Below are positions 13,901-28,335 of a DNA stretch of 64,000 nt, in pieces. Under the pieces are notes generated by a model. It worked only from the letters and a program-made list of their open reading frames with translations, was not told where the DNA came from and did not search any database. The stretch's first letter is position 1, and every line of letters starts with the position of its first letter. The translations under genes and the position numbers were made by a program. Source of the DNA: Octopus sinensis (Eukaryota); assembly GCF_006345805.1 (NCBI RefSeq), contig NC_042999.1:11346001-11410000 (forward strand), read 5' to 3'.

Positions 13901-15611
13901 TTATAAAGACAATCTCTCTCACGCAGCCTAGACCAGGGGTCAGCAGAGTAGTTAATAGTGACCCCTAGAGAGTGAGCGGGCCGAATCCTTACTGCACCAG
14001 AAAAAATGCTTAGTAGCATTTCCTCCGACTTCACAATCTGAGTTTAAATTCCACTGAGGTTGACTTTGCCTTTCATCTTTTCTGGGTCGATACCAGTTGA
14101 GCCCTGCGGTTGATGTAATTTACTTACTCCCTCTCCTGAACATGTTGGCCTTGTGCAAAACTTGAAACCAATATTGACCCCTAGGCGACCTTCATGGTTA
14201 TTCAAGGGATCAATAAATAGCTGAACCTTATTGTTTTTCTTTATCAGTTCTGTTAAGTATTTTCATTAAATTTCTTTAAATATTCCTCGTTAAAAAGAGG
14301 TGATGGCACAAAAGAACAAAGGAATTATTGTTTTTAAATGAAGAAATTTGTTATTAATTATACATTTTGAAATTTATTTTAGAAATTTACCTGACAGGAA
14401 TTGATAAGATATCAATGACTGCATGAAGGGTCAAGGGTGTAAGGAGTTTGCTGATCCCTGGCCAAGACAAACAGAATCGTATAAACACAGAAACAGTGGC
14501 AACATCAAATAAGCTTGCTGACCCCAGACACTGTGCCTGGGGAACTTAGCACCAAGAAACAGCAACTGCACTGACCAAAGTCCAACTTGCCCACTTCTGT
14601 TGGAGCCACAGAGTCTAGAGGAATACAGAAATAAGCTGGACATGAGAGGGGGGAGGGGGAGGGGGAGAGGGAGAGAGAGAGAGTGCAGTATGTCCAGACT
14701 GTCACATTCTACCCTGTATAGTTTAATCCCTGCAGGATGGTCATCAGCTAAATGGAGGAGTATGGCATAACTGGAAAAATGGTTCTGAGGGTCAGAGCTC
14801 TTAACTTGACCAATTACCTCAGTGCCACAGAACTGCTCAACCAGGGAAACACAATTTGGGAGTCACAGTACAAGTTAATAAGGGATAGTTCTACATTGGT
14901 AGGTTATTGATCCCAAAAGATAAAGCTGATCCTGACAGGATCATAGAGAGAAGGAGCAAATACCACAAGGCAAGTCTATTCTAACACTCTAACAACTGTG
15001 CCCACTCACCACATACTGTGTGTAATGTATCTACTCCATAAATGCAAGTGGTTGAACGTCAATATGTAGTCAGCAGGCTGTGTGGCTAACAACAATCAGC
15101 CAAGAGCCAAATGGTGACATAACAACACAGACAAAAACGTGTGACTCCATTGTATTTTTAGTGTCACAGGGAGAAAGAATTTGATCTGGTTAACAGTTTG
15201 TTCTAAATAGATTTCTCAAATGTAGCATGTTATTATTTAACTCTTTTCATACCAACCCACCTGCGACCACCCCTGCTTTTATGAGACAAGTTTCATGCTA
15301 ATTGATCTGCTCCAAAGACCAGATTAACAACGACAGGGTTGTTTTATTTTATTAAATTCTTTGTTATTTTCAAATTTGACTGAAAAAAAGTGTTAATCCT
15401 TTAACATTCAAACTGACCACAACCAACCCAAGTCTTCTCCCTGGTCTATGATCCCACGAGTCAGATCCAGCCTCTCACACCTACCCTACAATGTCATTCT
15501 AAATACAAACAGCCACCAGACAATGCATGAATAAAAAACTTTACATCTGATAAAGTAATTTGAATTCTAAAAGGTTAAATATTGGACATGGGTTGAGTGT
15601 TAGTAATAACC

Positions 15612-15980
15612 CGGAGGCACAATGGCCCAGTGGTTAGGGCAGTGGACTTGTGGTTTCTATTCCCAGACCAGGCGTTGTGAGTGTTTATTGAATGAAAACA
15701 CCTAAAGCTCCACGCGGCTCCAGCAGGGGAGCGGGGGGGCCAACCCTGCTGTACTCTTTCACCACAACTTTTTCTCATTCTTTCTTCCAGTTTCTGTTGT
15801 ACCTGTATTTCAAAGGGCCAGCCTTGTCACACTCTGTGTTACACTGAATCTCCCTGAGAACTATGTTAAAGGTAAACATGTCTGTGGAGTGCTCAGCCAC
15901 TTGTACGTTAATTTCACAAGCAGACTGCTCCGTTGATCAAATCAAGTGGAACCCTCGTCGTAACCGACGGAGTGCCACGA
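15612..15980 (+). mobile_element. tRNA-derived SINE (family B head ggaggcacaatggcccagtggttag)
   Basis: A-box/B-box-like head shared with 41505-41802 (-) and 44457-44750 (+); body shared with 29790-29980. Confidence 0.75.
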
Positions 15981-16239
15981 AAGTAGTAACTCACTGCGAC
16001 CATTTGAATAAGTTTCAGAGCAAAAGTCATTTTGTCCAGAGTGATTCCAGTCATCTGCCTTTCTGCGAGTCAAGATGAAAGTATGTTATCAAATCTTCAT
16101 TACAAACGTAGCTACAGTAATGCCTCAATATATGAGTTAACTTATTCTCAGAGACCACTCGTAAAGCAGGGCAATAAACCCCCATAGTAGCAATGTTATA
16201 AATCATAATTCATTCCCAGAAAAATATTTTACTTACAAT

Positions 16240-16534
16240 CACGTAAAAGAGCACCATTGAGCGTGATCGTTACCAACGTCACCTTACTGGCACCTGTGCC
16301 GTTGGCATGTGTAAAAAGATTCAAGTGAGGTCGTTGCCAGTACCGCCTGACTGGCCCCGTGCCGGTGGCACATAAAAAGCACTTAATACACTCTTGGAGT
16401 TGTTGGCGTTAGGAAGGGCATCCAGCTGTAGAAACTCTGCCAGATCATGATTGGAGCCTAGTGCAGCCATCTGGTTCACCAGCCCTCAGTCAAAATCGTC
16501 CAACCCATGCTAGCATGGAAAGCGGCTGTTACAC

Positions 16535-16565
<31 letters not shown>
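16240..16565 (+). mobile_element. RTE 3'-tail copy with (GAT)n tail
   Basis: Same 3' UTR as 7860-8190. Confidence 0.8.
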
Positions 16566-16567
<2 letters not shown>

Positions 16568-17195
16568 TCGTAGTTAAATGGCAATAAAACAACAGTAGAA
16601 TGTAAAGAATATTTTATGTAAATTAAAAAGAATGTCAAGATCATTTTATAATAAAAATATAATCATTTTCTGAATCCCTTTCACTTGTATTAGACTCACA
16701 CACACCATCACTTGTAGACTTGATTGCCAATTCACAAGCACTCGTGGACAGACTTGTAGATTTCTTTTTAAAAAACAAGTCTAGGGTTTTTTGCTAAGAA
16801 GTTTTTTTTTTGCTCTCTATAAATTTCTTGATAATATGCAGAAGCAGTTGCTATGGCTGTAGAAACTTTTGCCCTTCATTCAAAATTCGGATCTTGTGCT
16901 TGAAAAATAAAACCTGGCGTCTTGTAATGCAGGTTCTCATAAAGTGACGTATTGCTGTATATGTTAGCAAAGTGAAGCCAAATGAGCATTTATTTAAAAA
17001 AAATTTTGCTAATTTTATTTGTGTTGGGTGATTAGTTATTTAGGAAGAAAATTCAATTTTGTTCTATTCTATAAATGGAAATTGTCCATGTTCAGGGCTA
17101 ATCCAGGTTAACATGCAGTTTAGGGGTTTAAAACACAAAGTAAATTGTCAAGAAATGATGACATTGGAATATCAGAATTTCATAAAGAGACAAAA

Positions 17196-17262
17196 ACAAC
17201 AACAACAACAACAACAACAACAGCAACAACAGCAACAGCAACAGCAACAACAACAACAACAA
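17196..17262. repeat. (CAA)n/(CAG) trinucleotide repeat
   Basis: Direct reading of the sequence. Confidence 0.95.
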
Positions 17263-18032
17263 GCTAATGAATTGTGGCCTCCTTTACCTGGTTTCTTGAT
17301 TTGCTACACACAACAGCCAAACGTTTGTCAAATCACAATCTACTTTAGAAGTTATGCTATACGATAATTAAATGTATTATAATCTTCTTAATGAACAATG
17401 TAATAAAGTATCATTATTTTTAGATTATCATTTTTATTATGTATCAATTTATTTTATTTAAAATATTGATTTTTTGCATAGGCCCCATGATAGACACAAT
17501 GTCTCAAACTTGGAACAGAGAAATGATCAACTGAATGTTTGTGACCTGCAAAAGGCAAACAGCAGCCACTGTGGAGGAAAAAATCCTCTCTGAAGGTAAA
17601 AAGTGCTTCTTGATGCACCCATTGGCAACTTTTTTTTATCATAGTTTAGATATGTAAGTTAAACCTCAAGAAACAAAGATGACCCTCTCCAGAAGCCCTA
17701 TTGATTATAATTGTTGTTATTTGACTTGGTGTCTGCCATACTCAGCTCCATGATCCCAACTTCTTGGTACAATGTTCTATTCACAGACAATCATGAGACA
17801 AACTTCATCCAAGGAATCCCACTTTTCTAAAACCTTTCTAATGACTTGGTTCATTACCATAAACATGTTAGTTATAACAAAAACAAGTTAGATTATGGGG
17901 AAGGTGACAATAGCAAGTGACATGTGGTTCAGGAAACAAGTTTTCATTACTAATTCTTGTATAAACAGACACAAAAAAGTAAGTCATATACAATTAGTGT
18001 TTGTGTGCATGTGTGTGTGTGTGTATGTATAA

Positions 18033-18089
<57 letters not shown>

Positions 18090-18120
18090 ATATATATATA
18101 CACACATTGATACCCATATA

Positions 18121-18835
18121 TCATCATCATCGTCGTCGTTTAATGTCCGCTTTCCATGCTGGCATGGGTTAGACAGTTTAACTGACCAGGCTTCAATATG
18201 ATCTGGCAGAGTTTCTACAGCTGGATGCCCTTCCTAATGCCAACTACTCCAAGAGTGTAGTGGGTGCTTTTTATGTGCCACAGGCACGAGGGCCATTCAG
18301 GTGGTACTGGCATTGACGAGGCTCAAATGATGCTTTTTACATGCCACCGGCACAGGAGCCAGTCAGACAGCACTGGCAACGATTATGCTCGAATGGTGCT
18401 TGTAATGTGTCACTGGCACGAGTGCCAATCAGGCGGCACTGTCATTGGCCACAACAACGATTTCACTTGCCTCAACAGGTCTTCTCAAGCGTAGTTTATT
18501 GCCCAATGATTGAAGGGTACTCTTAAATGGGCTGGTTATGCTGCACTGGCACAGGCCACGGTTATGGTCTTACTTGGCTTGCCAGGTCTTCTGAAGCACA
18601 GCATATCTCCAAAGGTCTTGGTCACTTGTCATTGCCTCGGTGAGGCCCAATGTTTGAAGGTCGTGCTTCACCACCTCATCCCAGGTCTTCATGGGTCTAC
18701 CTCTCCCACAGGTTCCCTCTACTGATAGGTTATGACACTTTTTCACACAGCTGTCCTCAACCATACACAACACATGACCATACCAGCACAGTTGTCTCAC
18801 TTGCATACCACATCTGATGTTTCTTATGTCCAACT
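18121..18835 (-). mobile_element. RTE 3' fragment flanked on both sides by (TA)n
   Basis: CVKKCHNLSVEGTCGRGRPMKTWDEVVKHDL; (CAT)n tail at 18121. Confidence 0.85.
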
Positions 18836-20125
18836 TTATATATATATATACATACACACACACACATAAACACATAAATAAATTCGTGTGTGTGTGTGTG
18901 TGTAAAAAATAATAGTGACATGATGGTTGTAAATGAGCCTCGCCATGAAGCAAGCAATACCATTCATTTCCAGTATTTTGTGGAAAACCTTTTTGGCCAA
19001 CGGGGAAACTATGACCTTCCTTGGACACTGGTGAGAGTTGGCAACAGGAAAGGCATCCAGCAGAAGAAAATATTCTGCCCCAGTAAATTCCATGATGATG
19101 GTGAGGATATTAATTCCAATAATACGTGCCTATGTTATAAAGCCATTCTTATGATTTAGCAAAATAACAAGTGTGCAGGGAAGAAGGGATGCAATTCTGC
19201 AAGCAATGCCTGTCTGCTAGGCTTCCATTGGAATAGAATTCAATGATAACTTCCTTGAGAAATGCACGAATATCACAACTTCTCGTTCTTCCTTTTAAAA
19301 CAGAGTGAAAAGAGAAGTGTGATGATTGTTTTGAGCACTTCATGGTGAACAGAAATGCTGGCAAGGATGTGTGGCTAAGAAATCCATTTTGTCATTCAAT
19401 GGACTGAAGTTCAATCTCACTACACAGTACCTTGAGCATGTATTTTCTACCACAGAGATACAGAGTGCTCAGGGGCCATACGGGTGGGTAACCTGGATGC
19501 AATATTTCAAAAGTCAAAAAATAAATATTAATAACTCAACGTTTAGGGTGAATAATACTTGCCCTACCTCAGGTGCTGGCAAGCCAGGCATTTACACCTC
19601 TGTCACCCCATAATCCTTGGTAAACCTAAAGTCTGTGAGTTGAATCTGGAGACTGTATAGAAGCTTGTCAGTGAGTTTGTTCCTGTTTTGGAGCGACATT
19701 CATAATCTCTATCACCTGGTCTAACTGACTCTGTTACCTGCCCATGGGTACCTTTAGCAGAGTCAGTTCTGTTGCAGACTTTCTGGACAAAATCTCCAGG
19801 GGACAGATGACCTCTTCAATTCCTTCAGCTTGTCTCAGAGATTTTGGAAGTCAGGTTAAGCGACTGACATTCCTCTTCTGACTCAGTCTTACAAAAGAAG
19901 AAAGAGAAAACCATTCTGCAAAGAAATAAACATGCATGAGCATAAAAGGGTTTTGTGGGGGTCTTAATCAGCTGAAAATTACTCCAGAATGATGCAAGAG
20001 TGAACACACACACACAAACACACACACACACATCTTACTTCTCTTCTGATTTTTGCCAAGTAACCATCAGGCAAACACTTTGCAACAAGGCTGTTCAACC
20101 CAAATGGATTTCCATAAAACAATTG

Positions 20126-20402
20126 CTGTGTGTGTGTGCGTGAGTGTGTGTGTGAGTATGAGTGTGTGTGCGTGAGTGTATGTGTGTGTGTGCATGTGTG
20201 TGAGTGCATGAGTGTGTGAGTGAGTATGAGTGTGTGTGTGCATGAGTGTGTGTGTGCGTGAGTGTGTGTGCATGAGTGTGTGTGTGTGTGTGCGAGTATG
20301 CACATGAGTGTATGTGCGTGAGTGTGTGTGTGTGCATGAGCATGCGTGTGCATGAGTGTATGTGCGTGAGTGTGTGTGCATGAGTGTGTGCGCGTGTGTG
20401 CA
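20126..20402. repeat. Compound (GT)n microsatellite with catgag/cgtgag interruptions
   Basis: Direct reading of the sequence. Confidence 0.9.
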
Positions 20403-21166
20403 TGGCAGTAACTCAATATGTTTACAATTAGTGCAGAAAATGTGAAGAAAATACAACAAGAATGTAGAAGAGGATCAGTAAGAGACCCAAACGAAAGTTT
20501 TCTCTCCAAAACTATTTCCTTGTAAATACAAATGGTTTTTTTCTTTAATTTCGGAAATATATACTTCCCTTACTTTACAAACTCTCTGCCTCACTCTCTC
20601 ACCCTCACCTCATACACACACACACGTCTATATTTACTATCTGGTACTTGGCTAAACTCAGATATAATAAAATTCGAGCTTTCTAAGCACCAGTTCTGTC
20701 CATCCGTCATTGACATACACACGTCTGACAGGTTTCTGTGCCGTTTCCGTCAACCAAATTCCACTCATAAGATTCTGTTTAACAGGAGTCAAAATTTAGT
20801 GAATGGAAACTTGCTGTCAGCATTTCAGTCTTTCAATATCCAAATATATCTGGACAAGACTGTAGTTTCTCTCTTTCCCTTATTGTTCAAAGTGCATTTA
20901 TTGTTGAATGGACGGGTTTTGAAGCTTCCTTGGCACATTTTATTGAATTCAAGACAACTGACTTCACATCGTTACAAGCACTTGTTGTGGCTCTTTACAT
21001 TCTAAGTTCAAATCCTGCTGAGGTTAACTTTGCCACTCATCATTTCTGGGTCAGTAAATTGAAGTACCAATCAAGTATTGGGCTTGATGTAATTGATTTA
21101 CCCCTTCCCTCAAAACTGCTGGCTTTGTGCCAAAATTAGAAGGCATTATTTACTGCCAAAAACAAA

Positions 21167-21200
<34 letters not shown>

Positions 21201-21586
21201 GTCCCTTAGTGGCTGACGATAGATGCATCTCTGATCATGAGCGGAAGTAGTGGGGGAGCATCATAGCCTTGTGTTGAGAGGGATTCTTTGGGGTTTGAAT
21301 AATTCACCTCTGGAAACATGGGTGGTTCTTTCAACATCCTTAAACAACCCTTATTCAGGGACCGTTTGAGCGGGATGGGCTACTCAACGTGAAGAAAATT
21401 CTAACTGGGCCCCATCTGCAAGGTCATGTGCTGTTTATCTTGATATGAGATCACCATGTCGCGCACATATGGTTGTGATGCATGTGCCTGGTGTACCCTT
21501 ATCAGACGGGTAGTCATGATGGGTATATTGGGCTTCGTATATTTTACCCCAGTGTCACTTTGAGGGCATGAACTGCTCTCTCACTC
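21201..21586 (+). mobile_element. Partial copy of the (AAT)n-flanked 530-550 bp repeat
   Basis: Matches 36942-37471 (reverse) and 49742-50294; (AAT)n on both sides. Confidence 0.85.
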
Positions 21587-21620
<34 letters not shown>

Positions 21621-22944
21621 TAAAAAAAAGATATTAACTTCCCTGAAAAGTTAGATCATTAGACTTGGAAGCTGAATAAATCCAAAATGTTTGCTGTTTT
21701 TGGATTAAATGTTGAATAAAGAGTCTTTGAATTATCAATAATAAGTGCTATGAGCCTGATTTTTCCACATATTCTTTCATTATTTCTTTGTACAATGTTA
21801 TGTCTTGGTCTATATTTTGGTTATCAACTCCTTATAGGAACATGTTTTGAGTAAGCACCAAAATCCAAATAATTGAACCTGAATATTTTTAAAATAGCAC
21901 CTCCAGGTTTATTTCAATTTTTTTTTTTATTTATTGTTTTCAGAATAAATCTTTACTCTTTTACATTTGACAAATAAACTTCAAGTTGAATTGTTAACAC
22001 ATCTGCGGTCTTTTACAACTTTTCATTATATTGTCTTATATCTATAGAGTGATTCTTTAGTCATTAATCCATCATTGGTTGGACACAAGTAGGTTGCATG
22101 TGAAAATGATCACACTAATAATTATTTGAGTTTTTATATATTTTTGTTAACCCAGAATATTTGTATTTATGTGTACATATATCTGATTCAATAAAACACC
22201 ATTTGTGACGTAACAAATTGAATAGTCAAAATTCTTCTCCAATACAACATCCTAGATAATATTACGGAAAATAGTTCATGGCTATTAAAGGTAGACAAAT
22301 TAGGAGACAGAACAAGTGCATGTAGGTAATGTGTGTAGGATTTGATATAACAACTCAAGGTCAGAGCCTTTTGTCAAACATGATACAAGTGAGGAAAAGT
22401 AAGAGGATAAGAGACCAACTCACTGAACAAAGCGACAATCTGTGTGACTTCTTGAGCTGGGGATGAAATCATCAGATTTTTAGAACTGTAAGCAAAAGTT
22501 TCTAGAACTTTTGATTAAGCTATTTGGCAAGAAAACCCACACACTTCTTTTGATGTTCACTGTGTCTACCATAACTGGTCAGCTAATGTTGATCGGTCAA
22601 ACCATATTGTGAAGGCATTAATGTCTTTTATGATAGTATTGTACGCTATGGTCCTGAACCAGGAAACCTGAAAGTGATAGTTCAAAATTCAGTAGGAGCC
22701 TCGCTACACCTATTACATATTTTCTCTAGTTTTATGTTAGCAAATAAATGCACACAAAATATTAATAAAGTAACAACAGCTGACCTAAAAAAATTGGATT
22801 TTTCCAGAAAAAGTGTTAGACAATTCTACAGTCATAGTTGTATTATATGCATTTAAGGAAAATGGTCAAAAATACGAAAGACAGTGAGGAAATCAATATC
22901 TAAGTTATGACAACTATTAGCAGAATATTTTGTTTCAATGAGTA

Positions 22945-23028
<84 letters not shown>

Positions 23029-23039
23029 TCTATATCTAC

Positions 23040-23440
23040 TCTTTACTCTCTCTTTTCTTTTACTTGTTTCAGTCATTTGACTGTGGCCATGCTGGAGTAC
23101 CTCCTTTAGTTGAGCAAGTCAACCCCAGTACTTATTCTTTGTAAGCCTGGTACTTATTCTATTGTTCTCTTTTGCCGAACCGCTAAGTTACGGGGACGTA
23201 AACACACCACCGTCAGTTGTCAATGGATGTTGGGAGACAAACACAGACACACAAACATATACACACACATACATATATACGACAGGCTTCTTTCAGTTTC
23301 TGTCTACCAAATCCACTAACAAGGCTTTGGTCAGCCCGAGGCTATAGTAGAAGACACTTGCCCAAAGTGCCATGCAGTGTGACTGAACCCAGAACCATGT
23401 GGTTTGTAAGCAAGCTAAATACCACACAGCCACTCCTACG
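23040..23440 (-). mobile_element. tRNA-derived SINE family A
   Basis: Reverse complement of 27534-27948. Confidence 0.85.
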
Positions 23441-25946
23441 CCCTGTATATATTCTAATGTGACCATCCCCACTCAAAAATATTTGGGAAGAAATGGAATA
23501 AAATGTTATTTCAGGAAAGAGCTAGATGAAATACGACAAAGCAACTTGTCTTCTGCTCGAAGGATTCTCTCAATCTCCGACTCTAAGAAGCCATATTTAT
23601 GACTTCAAACTTAGCCTCAAGACAAACACAGTCAATGAAGGAAGGCTGGGGGTAGCGGAATCGATTATATTGGTCTATTTTTGGACTAATATTTATCTGA
23701 TCAACTCTGTAATATTTAAAGATAAAGTCTATTTCAGCAGGATTTGAACTCAGAACATCGACGTATGTCATAAAATACTTTGTGGCTGCTTCTTCATACA
23801 ATCATTTCAGTTAAAAAAATAATTTGCCTTTCAGTTGTTATAAGGTCATAAATTTTGGAAAAGGTATAACTAGTTTAAAATGATCCAAACTATTCCATTA
23901 TGTGACAGGTAATTATTTTATTAAACCCAAAATGATGACTGGAAAAAAAAAATCAACCTTGATTGGTTTTGAACAGAAAGACTGTCAAAGTATGTTTGGC
24001 ATTTTGACTGGCACTCTGCCGATCCTGCCATTTCACCACCGACACTTAACCCTTTTGTTACCAACCTGGCTGAAACCGGCTCTGAGTACAAATGTCTTCG
24101 TTTTCATAAGTGTTGAATTAAAATCTTCCACCAAACTTTAGTCACAATTTATGTTCCTAACACTAGCTTAATTGATATAACTAAGTTATTTTATTAAATT
24201 CTTTGTTATATTTAAAGTAATTGAAAGAAACACAGAGCATCTCAAAATAAATACAGTAATGAAAGGGTTAAATAGGAAAGAGGAATGACAGAAGGAGTCT
24301 CGAGGTACAAGTTTGAACATGGATAACAAGATGACTTCTATGAAAGTCTAACTGTGAATACAATGGCAAAGTCTGAGAGATTTTGTAGGAAACCTTTTCA
24401 ATTAGAATACTGCAGCATTCTCACTAATCCAGAAGTGGGGTAAATTTCTGTTCTAGAAGCTAAGAGAGATAGAAAATGGAAGTGGGGGCTGTCATTAAAA
24501 AAAAAGACTAATTACAGGATTTAATTTGATGCCTCATAAATTTGACTTGCATCTCATTACATTTTGTTTTCTTTAATAAATTTGTGTTTGTATCATAATA
24601 ATGTTCACCCGGTTGAATACATCTAATTTACTAATATTCTTGTAAAGGTAGGTAAAAATTACCAGGGTGGGTGGAGGTGGGGGGTAATAAATTTTTCCCC
24701 TGTGATTCTAGACACTTTGTTTAATACTCAGTTATGAAATAGAGCTTAAAACAAGGACCCAGATCTTATAAAATCCCCACCAATGAAAGTATAGGGATTA
24801 TTAAGAAGGTGGATTGTATTGCGTGACTGTCTCAAACTCAACCAGTTTTCTTTGGGCTATGATAGGATTAACATCAATTGTCCCTTTTTTATCTTTCCAG
24901 TAGAGGTTTCTTTTAAAATTTAGATCTTAAAAGACTTTTGATTACTTAAATTAGGACAAATAAAAAAATAAATAGAGGAAATAAACAAAGTGAGATAGTA
25001 ATGGTCACCACCTTAACACTTTGCTTTATAGAAATTATAGACGTTTTATTCATAGAAATTGTACTAGTTACCTGTTTATAAAAATGTTGCTTTAACCTAT
25101 TAACACCCACACACCATGTCTACCTAGACATAGCACATAATCTGGATATCTTAGTGTAACACATACCACAGTAAATTTAAAGGGTGAAACCAAAGTAAAT
25201 TTAAATTGACTTCTACACTGTGTGACAAAAAGAACTCCCAAATTCACCATCCTTGATAAATGTTTCAATAGCAAACACACAACGTACAACAATCCAAACG
25301 ACAACAGGTACTAAAATATATAAAACAGTTGAACATCAGCGACTTAAATACATCGTTACCTTCTACCTGTCTTTAATAGTGCCATGACAATGGCTGTGTG
25401 AAATATGGCAGGTTTTTTTCTGCTGTACCTTGTATTAACAAGAAAAGAGACAAAGTAATAAAAAGTGTGAAGGTGAAATGATGATCTATTTGTAATCGGA
25501 CCCCAACTTCTGGGTGGCAGTTACTCTACTTAATGAGAAAAGAGTCAAAAAAGAGAACAATCTTCTATCTGCTGAAACCAACAGCTAACTGGGCAAAACA
25601 TCTACAATGTGGCCCCCAGGAAGAGATGCAGTATTAGCAGCATATTAGATAAAAATATCATCTGCCAAGCAAACTCAAAAAGGATTTCACCAAGGAGAGG
25701 ACAAATGGGGGATGATGGGGGCTCAGGGATGTCAAACTCATTTGGTTTTGAAGGCTGGATTGAAGCATAAACTAGATCTTGCAGGTTGGGTAGGGACAAG
25801 TATTCCTAAAAATACTATTTATAATGCAGTCCAAAGTAAATGAATAAAGGAGTTTCTGTACTTTATTAACAATAAAGGAAGGAAGGAGAGAAATATGATG
25901 TGTTGCATGCAGAGAAGAGTGAGGAAAAACTCATCTACAGGGCATA

Positions 25947-25981
<35 letters not shown>

Positions 25982-26130
25982 AAAAACTGTCCGACGAACG
26001 GGAACGTGAAACTCAGAGTAACAGGTTTTGTTGAATTTTCTGCTGCTTTAAATAAAACATATTACTCTACCACTGGTATTTGAGTACTCTTTTTTCCACC
26101 TTGTTTCACATTTATGTGTTTACTCCGGTA

Positions 26131-26248
<118 letters not shown>

Positions 26249-27496
26249 GAGAGAGATATCAAAATAAGCAACAAGGATATCCAGAGGTAATGCAGTACAA
26301 TCGTTTCATGCAACTCCATTTAATTGAACACTGCAATCATTACATCAATTTAAAATGCAGAACAATCTTCAGCTGCACAAAGACATAGAATCTAATTAAA
26401 TTAGAACAGATGGACACATTAGTATAATTATACCTAAAATCTCCAAGAAGTTAAGGAGATGGACAAAGAACATGCTGTCCCAACTCCATTTTAGAAGTTA
26501 CTGAATTTTTCAAGAAGATATACATTGTTACAAACTCTGCCTGTCACTAATTTTTTTGTTTTTATGGGGTCAGCTTTAGTTTATAGACTAGTTTATCAAA
26601 TCCCTTGTATATCTAAGGCTGAGAGAACAAAGGGCAGTATCTGTTAGGGGTAGGGCTGAGGGAACAGACAGCCATCATAATTGGTATAGCCATAAAAATC
26701 AAGACTTATTAGAAGCAATATCATGAGGTTTGGTAAAGGAAAACTTAAAACAAGATGTTAACTGACAATTAAGGGGGTTGCCCACTAGCAGACCATTGAT
26801 AATGAAACAGGGAAGTCTTATCATGTAGTACTACAGTTAAATATTTTAAACAATGTTGCTATATTGTATACAGTTAAAGTTTAGGGTTATTCAAAGGATT
26901 ATTAAGAAGAATGTTATAACAAAAGGATAGACATTTACGAATACTTTTGAGTATATATATCCAACTTTTACCACAATAGAGGGAGGAAAAGAAATTATCC
27001 AGAAATAGTTTAATATTTATACATATTATACACTTAAGTACTAACTCATCAGCTGAAGATTGCTCTGCATTTTAGATTGATGTAATGATTGCATGGTTCA
27101 ATTATATGGAGTTGCATGAAACGATCATACTGCATTACCTCTGGATATCTTTGTTGCTTATTTTGATTTTAATCATCTTACTTTGAAATTGTATGGATAA
27201 TACCGTACTAAATTCTGGTGCCTTCAACTTAAGTACCATATTCATCTGAATCTCTCTCTCTCTCTCTCTCTTTCTCTATATGTATATATATATATATATA
27301 TATATGCCTGACTGGCCCTCGAGCCGGTAGCATGTAAACGCACCAACTACACTCTCAGACGGATTGGTGTTAGGAAGGGCATCAAGCTGTAGAATCTGCC
27401 AGATCAGATTGGAGTCTGGTGCAGCTATCTGGCTCGCCAGACTTCAGTCAAATCGTGCAACCCATGCTAGCATGGAAAGTGGACGTTAAACGATGA

Positions 27497-27533
<37 letters not shown>

Positions 27534-27535
<2 letters not shown>

Positions 27536-27948
27536 CACAGGAGTGGCTGTGTGGTAAGTAGCTTGCTAACCAACCACATGGTTCCGGGTTCAGTCCCACT
27601 GTGTGGCATCTTGGGCAAGTGTCTTCTGCTATAGCCCCAGGCCGACCAATGCCTTGTGAGTGGATTTGGTGGACGGAAACTGAAAGAAGCCCGTCATATA
27701 TATGTATGTATATATATATGTGTGTGTGTGTATGTGTTGTGTGTCTGTGTTTGTCCTCCTAGCATTGCTTGACAACTGATGCTGGTGTGTTTATGTCCCC
27801 GTTACTTAGCAGTTCGGCAAAAGAGACCGATAGAATAAGTACTGGGCTTACAAAGAATAAGTCCCGGGGTCGATTTCCTCGACTAAAGGCGGTGCTCCAG
27901 CATGGCTACAGTCAAATGACTGAAACAAGCAAAAGAGTAAAAAGAGTA
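27534..27948 (+). mobile_element. tRNA-derived SINE family A, near full length, with internal (TA)(TG)n
   Basis: Head ggagtggctgtgtggtaag...gggttcagtcc (A/B-box-like); copies at 42707-43095, 55232-55615, 23040-23440 and 10930-11140. Confidence 0.88.
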
Positions 27949-27999
27949 ATATATATATATATACACAAATGTTCTTAGAATGAGGACAGAGATAGAAAT

Positions 28000-28335
28000 T
28001 GTCCAAATTTGCCAGCCCTGTCTGGCCCCCATGTCGGTGGCACGTAAAAGCACCATCCGTTCGTGTCCGTTGCCAGCCTCGCCTGGCCCCGTGCCGGTGA
28101 CACGTAAAAGCACCATCCGTTCGTGGCTGTTTGCCAGCTCTGTCTGGCACCTGTGCAGGTGGCACGTAAAAAGCACCCACTACACTCACGGAGTGGTTGG
28201 CGTTAGGAAGGGCATCCAGCCGTAGAAACACTGCCAGATCTGACTGGGCCTGATGAAGCCTTCCAGCTTCACAGACCCCAGTTGAACCGTCCAACCCATG
28301 CTAGCATGGAGAACGGACGCTAAATGATGATGAAT
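28000..28335 (+). mobile_element. RTE 3'-tail copy with internal ~50-bp subrepeats
   Basis: gcacgtaaaagcaccatcc units; ends ctaaatgatgatg. Confidence 0.8.

Noticed and set aside
17059-17367. Poly-Q ORF suggesting a transcription factor
   Set aside because: The flanking peptide is unrecognisable and there is no convincing splice context; a (CAA)n microsatellite explains it.
22400-22860. Candidate exon(s), e.g. minus-strand VSWFRTIAYNT...LADQLW* (22667-22566) and plus-strand frames such as FYDSIVRYGPEPGNL
   Set aside because: Several frames on both strands look equally plausible, none is recognised, and no consistent exon chain could be built.
25070-25430. Hydrophobic minus-strand segments resembling transmembrane exons
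   Set aside because: Implied introns would be about 50 nt or frames hit stops; the peptides are not recognised.
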